Of a DNA stretch of 64,000 nucleotides, positions 11,425 through 21,833 are shown piece by piece. The position numbers and the translations under genes were made by a program. The notes below the pieces were generated by a model. It searched no databases and was not told the origin of the DNA. It saw only the letters and a program-made list of their open reading frames with translations. The stretch lies in contig OZ240241.1 of NCBI GenBank assembly GCA_965198115.1, forward strand, positions 5,920,001-5,984,000, in the 5' to 3' direction. Numbering within the stretch: position 1 is the first letter of the stretch; every line of letters begins with the position of its first letter. Origin of the DNA: Candidatus Latescibacterota bacterium. GTDB taxonomy: Bacteria > Latescibacterota > UBA2968.

Positions 11425-12114
11425 ATGAGCTGGGTTGCCCGAGAGCACGATCCCGAATGGCCGTTCGACCTGTTCGCAACCGATTTCCAGCTGGACTCGG
11501 TCACAGCCGCTCTGCTGGTCGTCGACATGCAAGGCAGCGATATGATGATCGATCCCAGCGGCGAGCTGGGTCAGAAGCATCCCGAGATCCCGGCCTACTA
11601 TAATCACAGAATGAAGGAAACCGTAGTTCCCAACATCGTCCGTCTTCTCGATTCTTTCCGCTCGGCCGGACGACGCGTCGTCTACACACGCAACGGACGT
11701 ATCACACCCCACGGGGCCGAAGTCACAGCGCGATTGCGTCGCCATAAACCCAAACCGGGTGCGCCTCCACGCTACAGGGGCACACCCGCCTACGACGTCA
11801 TGCCCGAGCTCGCACCACGCGAGGACGAGCTCATCGTCGACAAGCTCACCTCGGGCGCATTCAACTCGTCGATTCTCGATCACTCGCTGCGTAATATGAG
11901 CGTCACCGACGTCGTCATCGTCGGCATCGCGACGGACATGTGTGTCTTCGGTACGGCCAGAGTTGCGGCCGAGCTGGGCTACAACTCACTGCTGTGTGAA
12001 GATGGTTGCTGCACGTACACGGCACGCGCGCAGGAGGACGCGATGCTGATGCACGCCCGCGTTTTCGGCCGTGTCGCGATCACCGACGACATCATCGCCG
12101 AAATGGATAGGTAG
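11425..12114 (+). CDS. Isochorismatase/cysteine hydrolase family protein
   Basis: Catalytic D-K-C motifs ALLVVDMQ, DKLTSGAF and GIATDMCV. GGAGG RBS. Confidence 0.9.
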   Translation: MSWVAREHDPEWPFDLFATDFQLDSVTAALLVVDMQGSDMMIDPSGELGQKHPEIPAYYNHRMKETVVPNIVRLLDSFRSAGRRVVYTRNGRITPHGAEVTARLRRHKPKPGAPPRYRGTPAYDVMPELAPREDELIVDKLTSGAFNSSILDHSLRNMSVTDVVIVGIATDMCVFGTARVAAELGYNSLLCEDGCCTYTARAQEDAMLMHARVFGRVAITDDIIAEMDR

Positions 12115-12263
12115 CAAAGGCTATGGAATGAAAAAGCCCCCACAATTTCGGAGGCTTTCGTAAATCTGATATCGATCCCACTGTTCGCGATTCCGCGAAT
12201 CTATTTGCTAGTATAGGTCTTCCTAAACACCGAACACGGAACACCTGCGGCCAATTTGCCGCG

Positions 12264-13572
12264 CTAAGCCACATCCGGCCGCTTCGACACCCCATCCTTC
12301 TCCCGCTCCGCCCGAATGAACTCCGTCAGCTCCTCGACCTTCTCGGGATACGCCTCTGACACTTCCTTCCGCTCGTACGGATCCGACCCGATATCGAAAA
12401 GTTCTGTCTTCTCGGGTCGGAATTCCTCGTCCGTACTCAGCTTCCAATCCCCGATCCGCCCCCCGAAATTTCGACCGCGGAAGTTCCAGAAAGTGTTCGA
12501 TCGATCGCATCGTTTTCTCGTGTCAGCAGCGGCCAGATGTCACGCCGTCCCACATCGGATCGTGCGATGGCGTGTAACCGATCAGGTTCGTCAGCGTCGG
12601 CATCCAATCGACCATCTGAAGCGGATGCGTCACCTTGCCCGGTTTCAGCCTACCGGGCCATCGCATCACCGTCGGTGTGCGGATACCGCCTTCATACATC
12701 TGCGCTTTCTGCCCCCTCAGAGGAAGATTACTTCCCAACCGCGGCATCTCCTCGAATCGCCCCGGATACTTGTCCGTGTCGTGCAATGGATCGTCTGGGA
12801 TCGCGCCATTGTCCGACCCGAAGATCACAATCGTGTCATCCACTTCAAGCTTCCTGGCCAACGTCTCCAACAATTGACCGATCGCCCAGTCCATATGACT
12901 CGTGTAACCGGCGTAGACTTTGAAGGAACGGTCGCGCGCAGGGTCGACGTCGTAGGTCTGGCCGCAATAAGCATCGATCCAGTGTTGCGGTGCCTTGACC
13001 GGTGTATGAACCGCCGTAAACGGAACGTAGGCGAACCACGGACCCTGCCGATCTTCGATCCACTGAATCGCCTCGTTCACGATCAAGTCCGTCACGTGGC
13101 CGCGCTCTTCCGTCAGCACCCCATTACGATGCCACGTATAGCTGAACTCGCCCTCCTTGTAGCGGTGGCTGTAAGGGTCGACTCCCCCTGCCAGACTTCC
13201 GTATGAGTGATCGAAACCAAAATTGTTCGGACAGAATTCCGGATCGGATCCGAGATGCCATTTCCCGAACAGCCCCGTCTCGTAACCCGCGTTCCTGAGC
13301 GAACCAGCGAGTGTCTCGTATCCATCCGGCAGCACTGGCGCATTCGACGGCACCGTCGCGTGTCGTCCGAACCTCCCCGGATGTCGTCCCGTCATCAACG
13401 AACACCGCGTCGGCGTACACATCGGACAGACATAATGTTGATCCAGCTCCACCCCCGTCTGCGCCAGCCGATCGATATTCGGCGTCCGAACATCCGACCC
13501 GTGATAACTAACGTCCCCCCACCCTAAATCGTCGGCGAGCATAAACAAAATGTTCGGTCTATCCTTCGCCAT
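12264..13572 (-). CDS. Arylsulfatase, with two single-base deletions near 12540 and 12490 shifting the C-terminus
   Basis: PNILFMLADDLG, formylglycine motif CTPTR, GKWHLG, SDNG and YEGGIR. The tail GDWKL...ELFDIGSDPYE is recovered by restoring one base in each of two homopolymers. Confidence 0.88.
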
Positions 13573-13794
13573 CACGATTCTCCCATCTCAAATCTCCGTT
13601 GTCCAATATCCGCCGATCCCTTCCAAATGGGGATCTGTTCGCAGCCGAGAGGTACATCCTGAGCGAGTCGAAGGGCTGCTCCCACCGAACAATAGGGTAC
13701 TGCCAACGGCCCACTGCCGACTCCCTACGGGCAATGGCCTAAGATCACCGCCGTAACACTCCCTCAGAGATCTCAGTGCCCTCAGTCTTGGTTC

Positions 13795-15282
13795 TCACGC
13801 CTCCGTGGCCAACCGCAGCCCCGGCGACACGAAAATCCTGTCCGCCAGATCGAAACCGCCCTGCACGATCAGCGCCAGTGCGGCGGCCGGAATCGCCCCT
13901 TCCAGTATCAATCCCATATCGTCCAGCCGAATACCCGTCAGAATCGGTTGCCCATAGCCACCGGCCCCGATCAGAGCACCCAGTGTCGCCGTACCAACGT
14001 TGATCACGGCCGCCGTTTTGATCCCAGACAAGATAGACCGCGAAGCCATCGGAAGTTCCACGAGCCACAGTCGGGCGCGTGATCTCAATCCAAGAGCAAT
14101 CGCGGACTCCTGCAGTGCGTTCGGAATGTCGTGGAGACCAGAGTAGGTATTCCTCACAATGGGCAGCAGACTGTAGAGGAACAGGGCCATGATCGCAGGC
14201 GGCCCTCCGATCCCGAGCAGGGGAATCATGAACACGAGCAGCGCCAGCGAAGGCAACGTCTGAATGATGCCAACGATCCCCAAAATGACCTGGCCGAAGC
14301 GAGTCGATTTTGCCGCACCGATCCCCAGAGGAATGGCGACTACGATCGCCGCGGAAAGGGAAATCAGGACGAGAGTGAGGTGGACCTTCGTGTTGAGGAT
14401 CAACCGGTCGACCCGGGTTTCTACCTGCACATCCGACCGAATGGCAAACTCGTCCGCCAGGAAGTCCGCGGCGACCTGACTGTCAGGAATCTTATCCAGC
14501 TTCACCCGCGCGTTCATCGCAATCATCTTCGCTTCAGGAATCCGTCCATTCAGCTGCTGGAACGCACGTACGACGTCCGGGAAGCGCGTTTCGAGATCGG
14601 CACGATAGATGATGACGGAGTTGTAGACCGGAAAGTGACTGAGGTCGTCTCGCAGGGTTCGAAGCTGGTAGTAGGCGATCTCGGCATCCGTCGAGTACAT
14701 ATCCATCGCCTGAATCGAGCCACTCTCAAGACCGCGATAGGCCAGGTCGTGATCCATTCCCTGAACATTCGAGTGAGGCAGGCTGTAACGATCTCGCATA
14801 GCCGGCCACCCATCTCCGCGATCCATGAACTCGTTCCCGAACCCCAACGTCAATTCTGGATGCCGTCTCAGGTCCGAGATTGTCGCAATTCCCAGTCGCT
14901 GCGCCACATCCTCCTTCATCCCGATCGCGTAGGTGTTGTTGAAGCCGAGCGGTTCCGCCATCCGGATCCCCTCCGCCTCGAGCGTGGCGCGCGTGTCTTC
15001 TTCCGATTCGATCCCCCGACCCGCAAAAATCTCCTGACTGATCGTCCCCGTGTACTCGACGTAAGCGTCGATGTCCCCGCTCCGCAACGCACCCCACAGG
15101 ACCCGCGTCCCTCCCAGCTCACGCCTGTGCGCAACCGAAACTCCTGCATCCCGCGCAAGATGCGTCAACACCTCTCCCAAAATCACCGACTCGGTGAATT
15201 TCTTGGACCCAACCGTCACATCCTGCGCCGCAACGCTCGTTCCAACCGCGAAGAAGAGAACCAGGCCAATCGTTTTCGTCAT
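13795..15282 (-). CDS. Osmoprotectant/ergothioneine-type ABC transporter, fused substrate-binding protein and permease
   Basis: Signal peptide, GSKKFTE, YVEYTGT and FNNTYA (OpuBC/OsmX-like). C-terminal permease with QTLPSLALL and an EAA loop. Confidence 0.9.
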   Translation of the reverse strand: MTKTIGLVLFFAVGTSVAAQDVTVGSKKFTESVILGEVLTHLARDAGVSVAHRRELGGTRVLWGALRSGDIDAYVEYTGTISQEIFAGRGIESEEDTRATLEAEGIRMAEPLGFNNTYAIGMKEDVAQRLGIATISDLRRHPELTLGFGNEFMDRGDGWPAMRDRYSLPHSNVQGMDHDLAYRGLESGSIQAMDMYSTDAEIAYYQLRTLRDDLSHFPVYNSVIIYRADLETRFPDVVRAFQQLNGRIPEAKMIAMNARVKLDKIPDSQVAADFLADEFAIRSDVQVETRVDRLILNTKVHLTLVLISLSAAIVVAIPLGIGAAKSTRFGQVILGIVGIIQTLPSLALLVFMIPLLGIGGPPAIMALFLYSLLPIVRNTYSGLHDIPNALQESAIALGLRSRARLWLVELPMASRSILSGIKTAAVINVGTATLGALIGAGGYGQPILTGIRLDDMGLILEGAIPAAALALIVQGGFDLADRIFVSPGLRLATEA

Positions 15283-15393
15283 AGGGCCACTTTCAATCCA
15301 TATTGCACGCCCGCGATGAGTTGGGCGGAGCCCGTCTCTACCGCCCTCTGCTCACCGTCGACCGCCCCCAGTTTCTGCCTACCATCGAACACT

Positions 15394-16428
15394 TCAGTGC
15401 GTTCTCCCGGACAACGGATCACGGCCAACGCCCTTCGTCATTCTGTTCAAACTGAACCGCCGCTCCGAATCGAACCACTGCCCATTCAGCTCCAGTCCCG
15501 CCGCCGTCACGACGTCATCGATTTCCTCGAGCGAATACTTGTAAGAATTCTCCGTATGAATCGTCTCGCCCTCCGTGAACGTAACCTCGAGATCAAGCGC
15601 ATCGATCTCTATCGTCTGTTCTGTCTGACTGACGATGTACATCTCCACGCGTCCTTGGTCGGCATCGTATACCGCCTTGTGCCTGAACGTGTCGAGCTCG
15701 AAACGCCCGCCTAATTCCCTGTTGATTCGGCCGAGCAGATTCAGGTTGAACTGCGCCGTAATTCCCTTGGGCTCGTCGTAAGCCCTTTCCAGGATCGAAA
15801 TCTCCTTCCTGAGATCGATCCCGATGAGCAGCCGATCCTCGCGGGACATCGTCCCCACGATCTCGGACAGGAAAGTCGTCGCATCTGCACGATGCAGGTT
15901 TCCGATACTGGATCCCAGCCAGAGAATCAGCTCTGGACCGCTGTTCAGCTCCTTCAGCATCGAAAGACCGGTGTGGTAATCGGCCCTGACGGCCACCATC
16001 TCCAGTGCCTCGAAATCGGGCAGCAGCCCATCCGCGCTGTTCTCAATCGCCGTTCTTGAAATGTCGATCGGCATGAAATGAAGGTGGTCACGAGTGCGAA
16101 GGAGCTCTTCGATCAGCAAACGTGTCTTGACGGCGCTCCCGCTTCCCAACTCCACGAGCGTCAGATCGTCTGGCGCGTTAACGAGAATGTCTCCCGCGTG
16201 AGTGACCAGAATCTCACGTTCCGACCGTGTGAGGTAGTACTCCGGAAGCTCGCAGATCGCGTCGAACAGACCCGATCCGATTTCGTCGTAGAAGAACCTG
16301 CTGGGAAGAGACTTTCGATCCGCGGTCAAGCCATCGGCGACGGCCTCCGCGAAACCGTCTCCGTCCGCCGTATTCGCCGCCTCGATCACTTTGAATCGCT
16401 GTCTCTCGCCAACAACCATGCTTTCCAT
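15394..16428 (-). CDS. egtD: L-histidine N-alpha-trimethyltransferase
   Basis: FYDEIGSGLFDAICELPEYYLTR, ELGSGSAVKT, LGSSIGN, AYD..GITAQFNLN, RVEMY and IHTENSYKY. Confidence 0.9.
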   Translation of the reverse strand: MESMVVGERQRFKVIEAANTADGDGFAEAVADGLTADRKSLPSRFFYDEIGSGLFDAICELPEYYLTRSEREILVTHAGDILVNAPDDLTLVELGSGSAVKTRLLIEELLRTRDHLHFMPIDISRTAIENSADGLLPDFEALEMVAVRADYHTGLSMLKELNSGPELILWLGSSIGNLHRADATTFLSEIVGTMSREDRLLIGIDLRKEISILERAYDEPKGITAQFNLNLLGRINRELGGRFELDTFRHKAVYDADQGRVEMYIVSQTEQTIEIDALDLEVTFTEGETIHTENSYKYSLEEIDDVVTAAGLELNGQWFDSERRFSLNRMTKGVGRDPLSGRTH

Positions 16429-16466
16429 GCGTCAGATTCCTATAACACCACTGATCTGAGAGGTTG

Positions 16467-17210
16467 TCATTCCTCCTCCAACGGTCGTCTCTGCGCTCGA
16501 ATGAACTGTTGAACAAAGCTATTCGCGGGACGGTTTAGCAGATCGTCGATCGATCCTCTCTGAACGACCGTCCCCTCCCGCATCAGCACAATCTCGTCTC
16601 CAAAAAATCCCGCTTCGCTCATGTCGTGTGTCACCATCACAACCGTTTTCCCGAGGGATCGAAAGATCCCACGCAACTCGTCCTGCAAGCCTACCCGAAT
16701 CATCGGGTCCAGCGCGCCCAGCGGTTCATCCAGCAACAGAACATCCGGATCGAGCATGAGCGCCCGCATCAGACTGACGCGCTGCCGCTGGCCACCCGAC
16801 AACTCGCCCGGATATCGATGCAACGCGTCCTCCGGGAAGTGCGTCAGGTCGCCCAGCTCCTTCACGCGGTGTTCGATCGTCGGAGCGACCTCCCTCAGGT
16901 GCCGAGCCATCAGCGTCACATTATCACGTGTCGTCAGATGCGGAAACAGCCCACCTTCCTGGATGACATAGCCCATCTTGAGACGCAGAAGCGGGGCATT
17001 CTCGTGTGTCAGCGTCTCGCCCTCGAAGGTCACCGTACCTGTGTCAGGGGTTATGAGACCGACCATCATCCGGATCAACGTCGACTTCCCACAACCGCTC
17101 TGTCCGATCAGCACCGTCGTCCCGCCCTCGGCCACGGCGAAATCCATCTGTCGCAGGGCCACCGTTTCCCCGAACCGCTTTGATACCCTTGTGAGTTCAA
17201 AAGTATTCAC
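16467..17210 (-). CDS. ABC transporter ATP-binding subunit (OpuBA/ProV-like)
   Basis: GQSGCGKS, LSGGQRQR, LLLDEP and VTHD. Confidence 0.95.
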   Translation of the reverse strand: MNTFELTRVSKRFGETVALRQMDFAVAEGGTTVLIGQSGCGKSTLIRMMVGLITPDTGTVTFEGETLTHENAPLLRLKMGYVIQEGGLFPHLTTRDNVTLMARHLREVAPTIEHRVKELGDLTHFPEDALHRYPGELSGGQRQRVSLMRALMLDPDVLLLDEPLGALDPMIRVGLQDELRGIFRSLGKTVVMVTHDMSEAGFFGDEIVLMREGTVVQRGSIDDLLNRPANSFVQQFIRAQRRPLEEE

Positions 17211-18235
17211 GATAGGTATGGCCGGTTTGGGGTGGTGGAGGAGGTCTCCGGCACTCCCGCTCTCCCCGTCTCACGCTCATTTTTGACCTGCATCAGCCTG
17301 GGACTCTCTCCCCCTGCCCCCTTGCTCCCCTGCTCCCCTGCCAGCATCTCAGCCGCCACGCGATGAACAATGGCGTGAAGATCGGCCGTTGCGCTGTCCG
17401 ACGCCGCGTATCCGCCCGACAGCACAATTGCCATCGGAATGCCACGTTGCTTCGCCGTCTCCAACACGAATCGATCACGATCCGCGAGACCTTCACGCGT
17501 CAACGCCAGCCTGCCGAATCGATCGCCCTCGACCGGATCGACACCGGCGAGATAGAAAAGGAGGTCGGGCCGTGACGCGTCGACCGCCGTTTCGAGTGCA
17601 TCCTCCAGCCGCATCAGGTAGGTCACATCGTCCGCACCATCATCCAACTCGACGTCCAGATCCGATCGCTCCTTCTTGAATGGATAGTTGCGCGCTCCGT
17701 GCATCGAAAACGTGAAAACCGCCGGATCGTCTTGGAAGATGGCAGCATTGCCGTTCCCCTGGTGCACATCCAGGTCCACGAGCAGTACACGCTGCACGGC
17801 GCGATCCCGTTGCAGTGTGCGCACTGCGACCGCCACGTCGTTCAGCACACAGAATCCCTCGCTGTGTTCCGGATAGCCGTGATGCATACCGCCAGCGAGA
17901 TTGGCGGCCAGACCGTCCTCCAACGCCAAACGACCCGCCAGAGTCGTACCCTTCGTGGCCAGCCGTGACCGTCGCACGATGGCGCGTGTCCACGGCAACC
18001 CCATTCGACGCACGACCTTTCGGTTCATCAGACCGTGTCTCAGCCGGAACAAAAAGTCGGCGCCGTGAACAAGACCGAGATCCTGCCACGACGCCGGTTC
18101 GGGCGTCACGATGTCTTTATCCGTAATCAACGCTTCCGAACGGAGAACCCGAAGCAAACTCGCGAACTTCCCCATCGGAAAGCGATGCCCCTCGGGGAGA
18201 GGCGCCGTGTAGCCTTCGGCGAAGCAGACGCGCAC
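17207..18235 (-). CDS. Histone deacetylase family protein
   Basis: HRFPMGK, GGMHH, GFC, DLDVHQGNG, AGVD and GGY. Confidence 0.93.
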   Translation of the reverse strand: MRVCFAEGYTAPLPEGHRFPMGKFASLLRVLRSEALITDKDIVTPEPASWQDLGLVHGADFLFRLRHGLMNRKVVRRMGLPWTRAIVRRSRLATKGTTLAGRLALEDGLAANLAGGMHHGYPEHSEGFCVLNDVAVAVRTLQRDRAVQRVLLVDLDVHQGNGNAAIFQDDPAVFTFSMHGARNYPFKKERSDLDVELDDGADDVTYLMRLEDALETAVDASRPDLLFYLAGVDPVEGDRFGRLALTREGLADRDRFVLETAKQRGIPMAIVLSGGYAASDSATADLHAIVHRVAAEMLAGEQGSKGAGGESPRLMQVKNERETGRAGVPETSSTTPNRPYLS

Positions 18236-18238
18236 GAC

Positions 18239-19291
18239 TCAGTCCACTTCCGCCGTCTCGTGATCCAGCGTGTCCCCCAGGGTGGAAGACGTGATTCGCA
18301 GATCGGGGCAAGCCGCGCACAATGCCTGCGTCACGCGATGGACCGCCTGCTTGACACCCCACGTGGGACGTGGATGACCGATCGGCGAAGGCTTCACCAG
18401 CAGCTGGCTGGGAGGGCGATGGATCACCGCGATGGCCAGGTGCTGGGCAAAGGCTCCCTCCCGAACCATCGTCTCAACCAGCATATGCCCACGATCTCGA
18501 TCCTGAAAAGCCTGACCGAGCTTGATGACCACCCGCACACCTCCGTGATCGGCCTGCCAGGTCGATCCATCGAGCGCGTCAAGAAGCGAATCCGCGTCGA
18601 AGGACCCTTTCAGAATCACGTTCGGCACGTCCTCGACCCTCTCCTCACGCGCGACTTCTTCGACCGGCGCGAATCGCTTCCACTCGTAGTAGTGAATAGG
18701 GACGCCTGCATCGATTGCCTTGCGCTCGTACTTCGTGGGAAATCGTCCATCGATTCGATCGACAGCCACAGACGCGTGGCAGGACCGTAACATCGACTGT
18801 CGGGTGTAGGCTTCCTCGATCCATTCTGCGTAACCAACATGGTCCGTCGCGATCGTCACGATCCCGTCGGGAACCAACCTGCGTCCGACCAGCTCCAGGA
18901 AAGATGTCTGAATCAGTCTCCGCGAGTGATGTCGCTCCTTCGGCCAGGGGTCGGAAAAGTTGATGTAAATACGATCCAGTCGTTCGGGTCCAAACAAATG
19001 GTCCAGAGAAAATGCCGCATCGCCCAGAAGGATACGGATGTTGGTCAACCCATCTTGCTCGATCCGCTTGAACACACGATGCGCCGAAGCCAGAGACCGA
19101 TCGATTCCAACAAAGTCTCGTTCGGGGCGTTGTTGCGCCTGGTGGATCAGGAAGGCCCCGTTGCCAAATCCGATTTCAACCTCCAGACACGACGCTCGTC
19201 CGAAGATCTCTTCCCACTCGACAGGCCAATCCAGCTCGGTCCACGGGATCAGATGCGAGTGAAGAAGGCTGCTGAAAAGTTGTGACGTCAC
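18239..19291 (-). CDS. trmB: tRNA (guanine-N7)-methyltransferase with C-terminal extension
   Basis: EIGFGNG, FSDPWPKERHHSRRL, ATD and TKYERKA, plus about 130 extra C-terminal residues. Confidence 0.9.
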   Translation of the reverse strand: MTSQLFSSLLHSHLIPWTELDWPVEWEEIFGRASCLEVEIGFGNGAFLIHQAQQRPERDFVGIDRSLASAHRVFKRIEQDGLTNIRILLGDAAFSLDHLFGPERLDRIYINFSDPWPKERHHSRRLIQTSFLELVGRRLVPDGIVTIATDHVGYAEWIEEAYTRQSMLRSCHASVAVDRIDGRFPTKYERKAIDAGVPIHYYEWKRFAPVEEVAREERVEDVPNVILKGSFDADSLLDALDGSTWQADHGGVRVVIKLGQAFQDRDRGHMLVETMVREGAFAQHLAIAVIHRPPSQLLVKPSPIGHPRPTWGVKQAVHRVTQALCAACPDLRITSSTLGDTLDHETAEVD

Positions 19292-19368
19292 TGTGCTCGA
19301 ACATACCGGCGAGTCAACAACGAGTCAAATTCGCAAATGCGAGACGTGGTCGCCGGAAGGGTATCGCA

Positions 19369-20109
19369 TTACTCCTCGATCCCCCGCTCTTTCATCCACG
19401 CCAGGACGATTCGATGTGCACCGTCCTCGGCCTGCTTCCTGGGTGTGTCGCCGGTCGGATTCTTGACGGTCGGATCGGCTCCCCGTTCTATCAGCTCCTT
19501 CGCGACCGTCAGGTGACCGTTTCGGCACGCGAAACCGAACGCGCTGTCGAGCGCCGCTTTGGCGTCGCGGGGCTTATCCCAACAGGGGAGCGCCCCGGCG
19601 TCTTCGACCACGTTTCCGTCCTCATTAAAGTAGGACGCGACGAGATCCCTGCGTCCTGCACCTGCTGCAATCATCAGATTCGTCGCGGCTCCTCGGTCGA
19701 TCAACAGATTTGCGACATTGACGCACCGAAAGATGACAGCGTTCCACAAGGGCGTTGCCGCGAGAATAACACCCCCATCAGAATCGATCTTGGCTCCCGC
19801 GTCGAGCAGGATTTCCGCTAATCCTACATCATCATTGCTCGCAGCCCAATGCAGAGGGGTCTCGCGACTGTGGTCGACCTTCGCGTGCGGAATCCGCGCG
19901 TTTACATCTGCACCTGCTTCGATCAGCAGTCTTGCCACATCCGCCTGACGAGGGGTGTGGCTGGGAAAATCCGCGAGCGTGTGCAACAGGGTACGCTTAT
20001 TGTCGTCCGTCGTTTTGTGGACTAGGTTCGGATCGCCCTTCAACAGTCGTTCCAACGACCCAACGTCGCCCTCCCGTACCGCTTTTCTCGCTTGCTCGAT
20101 GACACTCAT
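19369..20109 (-). CDS. Ankyrin repeat protein
   Basis: ETPLHWAASNDDVGLAEILLDAGA and ACRNGHLTVAKELIERGAD repeats. Confidence 0.9.
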   Translation of the reverse strand: MSVIEQARKAVREGDVGSLERLLKGDPNLVHKTTDDNKRTLLHTLADFPSHTPRQADVARLLIEAGADVNARIPHAKVDHSRETPLHWAASNDDVGLAEILLDAGAKIDSDGGVILAATPLWNAVIFRCVNVANLLIDRGAATNLMIAAGAGRRDLVASYFNEDGNVVEDAGALPCWDKPRDAKAALDSAFGFACRNGHLTVAKELIERGADPTVKNPTGDTPRKQAEDGAHRIVLAWMKERGIEE

Positions 20110-20186
20110 CGATACCCTCCAGACGTTTCAATAAACAAGATGAACTTCAAGCTACATCGAAGCGTATCTCCTGTCTACAGGTTGTC

Positions 20187-21737
20187 ATGTATTGTGCTTA
20201 TCGTATACCGATCGTCCATTCCTTCGTGACTTCGAGCCTTCGTGGTGCGGTCCCTTTGAACACACCCAAGAAAATTCTCTCCGGCCTCTTCTATTCGATC
20301 GGAAGCGGCTATGTCGTCCGGATCGCGAGCGTTGGCTTTACGATCTGGCTCAAGCGTGAACTCGGACTCGAGCCCTTCGACGCGGCCCTCTTCTACTTCT
20401 TCTCCTTCTTCATGCTCGCGAATTGCACCGAAGGCCTCGGTTGGGCCCTCCTTCACTATCAAGACAGAGTCGACGAATTCCGGGAAACGCACCTGACGCT
20501 TAACCTGCTCCTTGGTCTGGCTCTGGTCGTCATCTGCGTCGCCATCGCTGCGGGTCTTCATTGGTCCGACCCCGATGCTCACGCCTGGGGCGTCGTCGCC
20601 CTACCTATCCTGGCTGTGCTCTACCTTTTCAAACGCCTCTCCACGACCTCCGAATTCTCTCTCCGTAAGGATTTCGAATTTGGACGGCTTTCCCTCATCC
20701 ACGGTCTGAGCACCATCGCCGCGCTAGCTGCCGCACTCTGGTGTGCCCGAGGCGGACTGGGCGAGTGGTCTCTGCTCATAGGTGGCTGGAGCAGCTTCTC
20801 CACTCTGTCGGCGGTCTACACCACCCTGTTCGTGACTGCTGTGCTGGCGTCGCACCCGGTCGACATCACACGACTGCGTATCGATCGTGCGTGGGCAGGT
20901 AAATTGGTTTCCTACTGCAAATGGATTTGGAGCGGATGGGTCCTGCAGATTTTCGTGTGGCACTACGACAAGCTGGTCATCGCGTGGATGCTGTCGGATC
21001 GAGACTTGACGCTTTATGAAAACGCGTGGTGGCTCATGCAGATCCCCACGGGCCTCCTCGCGCATATGATCTTCAACTACACGAACAGCCTGTATTCCCG
21101 ATACCAGCACGAGCGCGATCGACTGTCCGATTTCTTCACCAGAATGGCCAGCCTGATCGTAAGGGCCGCAACACCTGTCGCCATTCTGTTCATACTTCTT
21201 TCGGACGACATTGTTCGTGTGTTCGGGCAGGCGTGGGTTGGAACGGCGCCCATCATCGTCTGGCTGGGTGTGTTCGCCGTCTTCCGGCCGCTGTTCGAGG
21301 AATGTTACGGTCTGCTATGGGCGGTCGGCCGCACGAAACAGGCCGCGGGCGCGATGGCGATCCAGGCGTTCGCGGCGATCGCTGTCCTGCCGTTTGGGGC
21401 AGCGATGGCAGGTGTAAGAGGTGTGTCCTACGCAGTCGGTGCGGTGGCCGTCCTGGGAATCATCACGTTGGTGTCTCTGCTGAGGGACATTGTCGACGTC
21501 AGATGGACCCGCGTCGCCGTTCCACCAACGGTGGGCATCGCAACGATGGTCGGTGTCGATCGCCTCGTCACGCCCGCTGTTCCCGACTCTCTCACCGGCA
21601 TCACGCTGCACGCCGCCGTCCTGCTCGTTTCCTTCGGTGCGACGCTCCTGATACTCGAGTACCGAACCATCCGCCAGAACACAGACGACGTCATCCGCAT
21701 CCTTCGCAACCGCCCCAACGAAGACCCACAGGCGTAA
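20187..21737 (+). CDS. Oligosaccharide flippase (Wzx/MOP family); start codon uncertain
   Basis: About 12 hydrophobic segments, with LRKDFEFGRL and YDKLVIAWML patterns typical of PST flippases. Confidence 0.75.
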   Translation: MYCAYRIPIVHSFVTSSLRGAVPLNTPKKILSGLFYSIGSGYVVRIASVGFTIWLKRELGLEPFDAALFYFFSFFMLANCTEGLGWALLHYQDRVDEFRETHLTLNLLLGLALVVICVAIAAGLHWSDPDAHAWGVVALPILAVLYLFKRLSTTSEFSLRKDFEFGRLSLIHGLSTIAALAAALWCARGGLGEWSLLIGGWSSFSTLSAVYTTLFVTAVLASHPVDITRLRIDRAWAGKLVSYCKWIWSGWVLQIFVWHYDKLVIAWMLSDRDLTLYENAWWLMQIPTGLLAHMIFNYTNSLYSRYQHERDRLSDFFTRMASLIVRAATPVAILFILLSDDIVRVFGQAWVGTAPIIVWLGVFAVFRPLFEECYGLLWAVGRTKQAAGAMAIQAFAAIAVLPFGAAMAGVRGVSYAVGAVAVLGIITLVSLLRDIVDVRWTRVAVPPTVGIATMVGVDRLVTPAVPDSLTGITLHAAVLLVSFGATLLILEYRTIRQNTDDVIRILRNRPNEDPQA

Positions 21738-21833
21738 CAATATTCCGTGGGTGTTCTCCGTCGTCTCAGCTTCCTCTCAGTGATCTCAGTGGCGCCTCTC
21801 CGGTGCCTTCTGTATACCCGTAAAGTTCCAATC

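Noticed and set aside
14131-15714. Long ORFs such as 14131-15714 (+), 44858-45916 (-), 45935-47380 (-) and 12316-13206 (+)
   Set aside because: These are antisense shadows of well-supported genes in GC-rich DNA, with no recognisable motifs.
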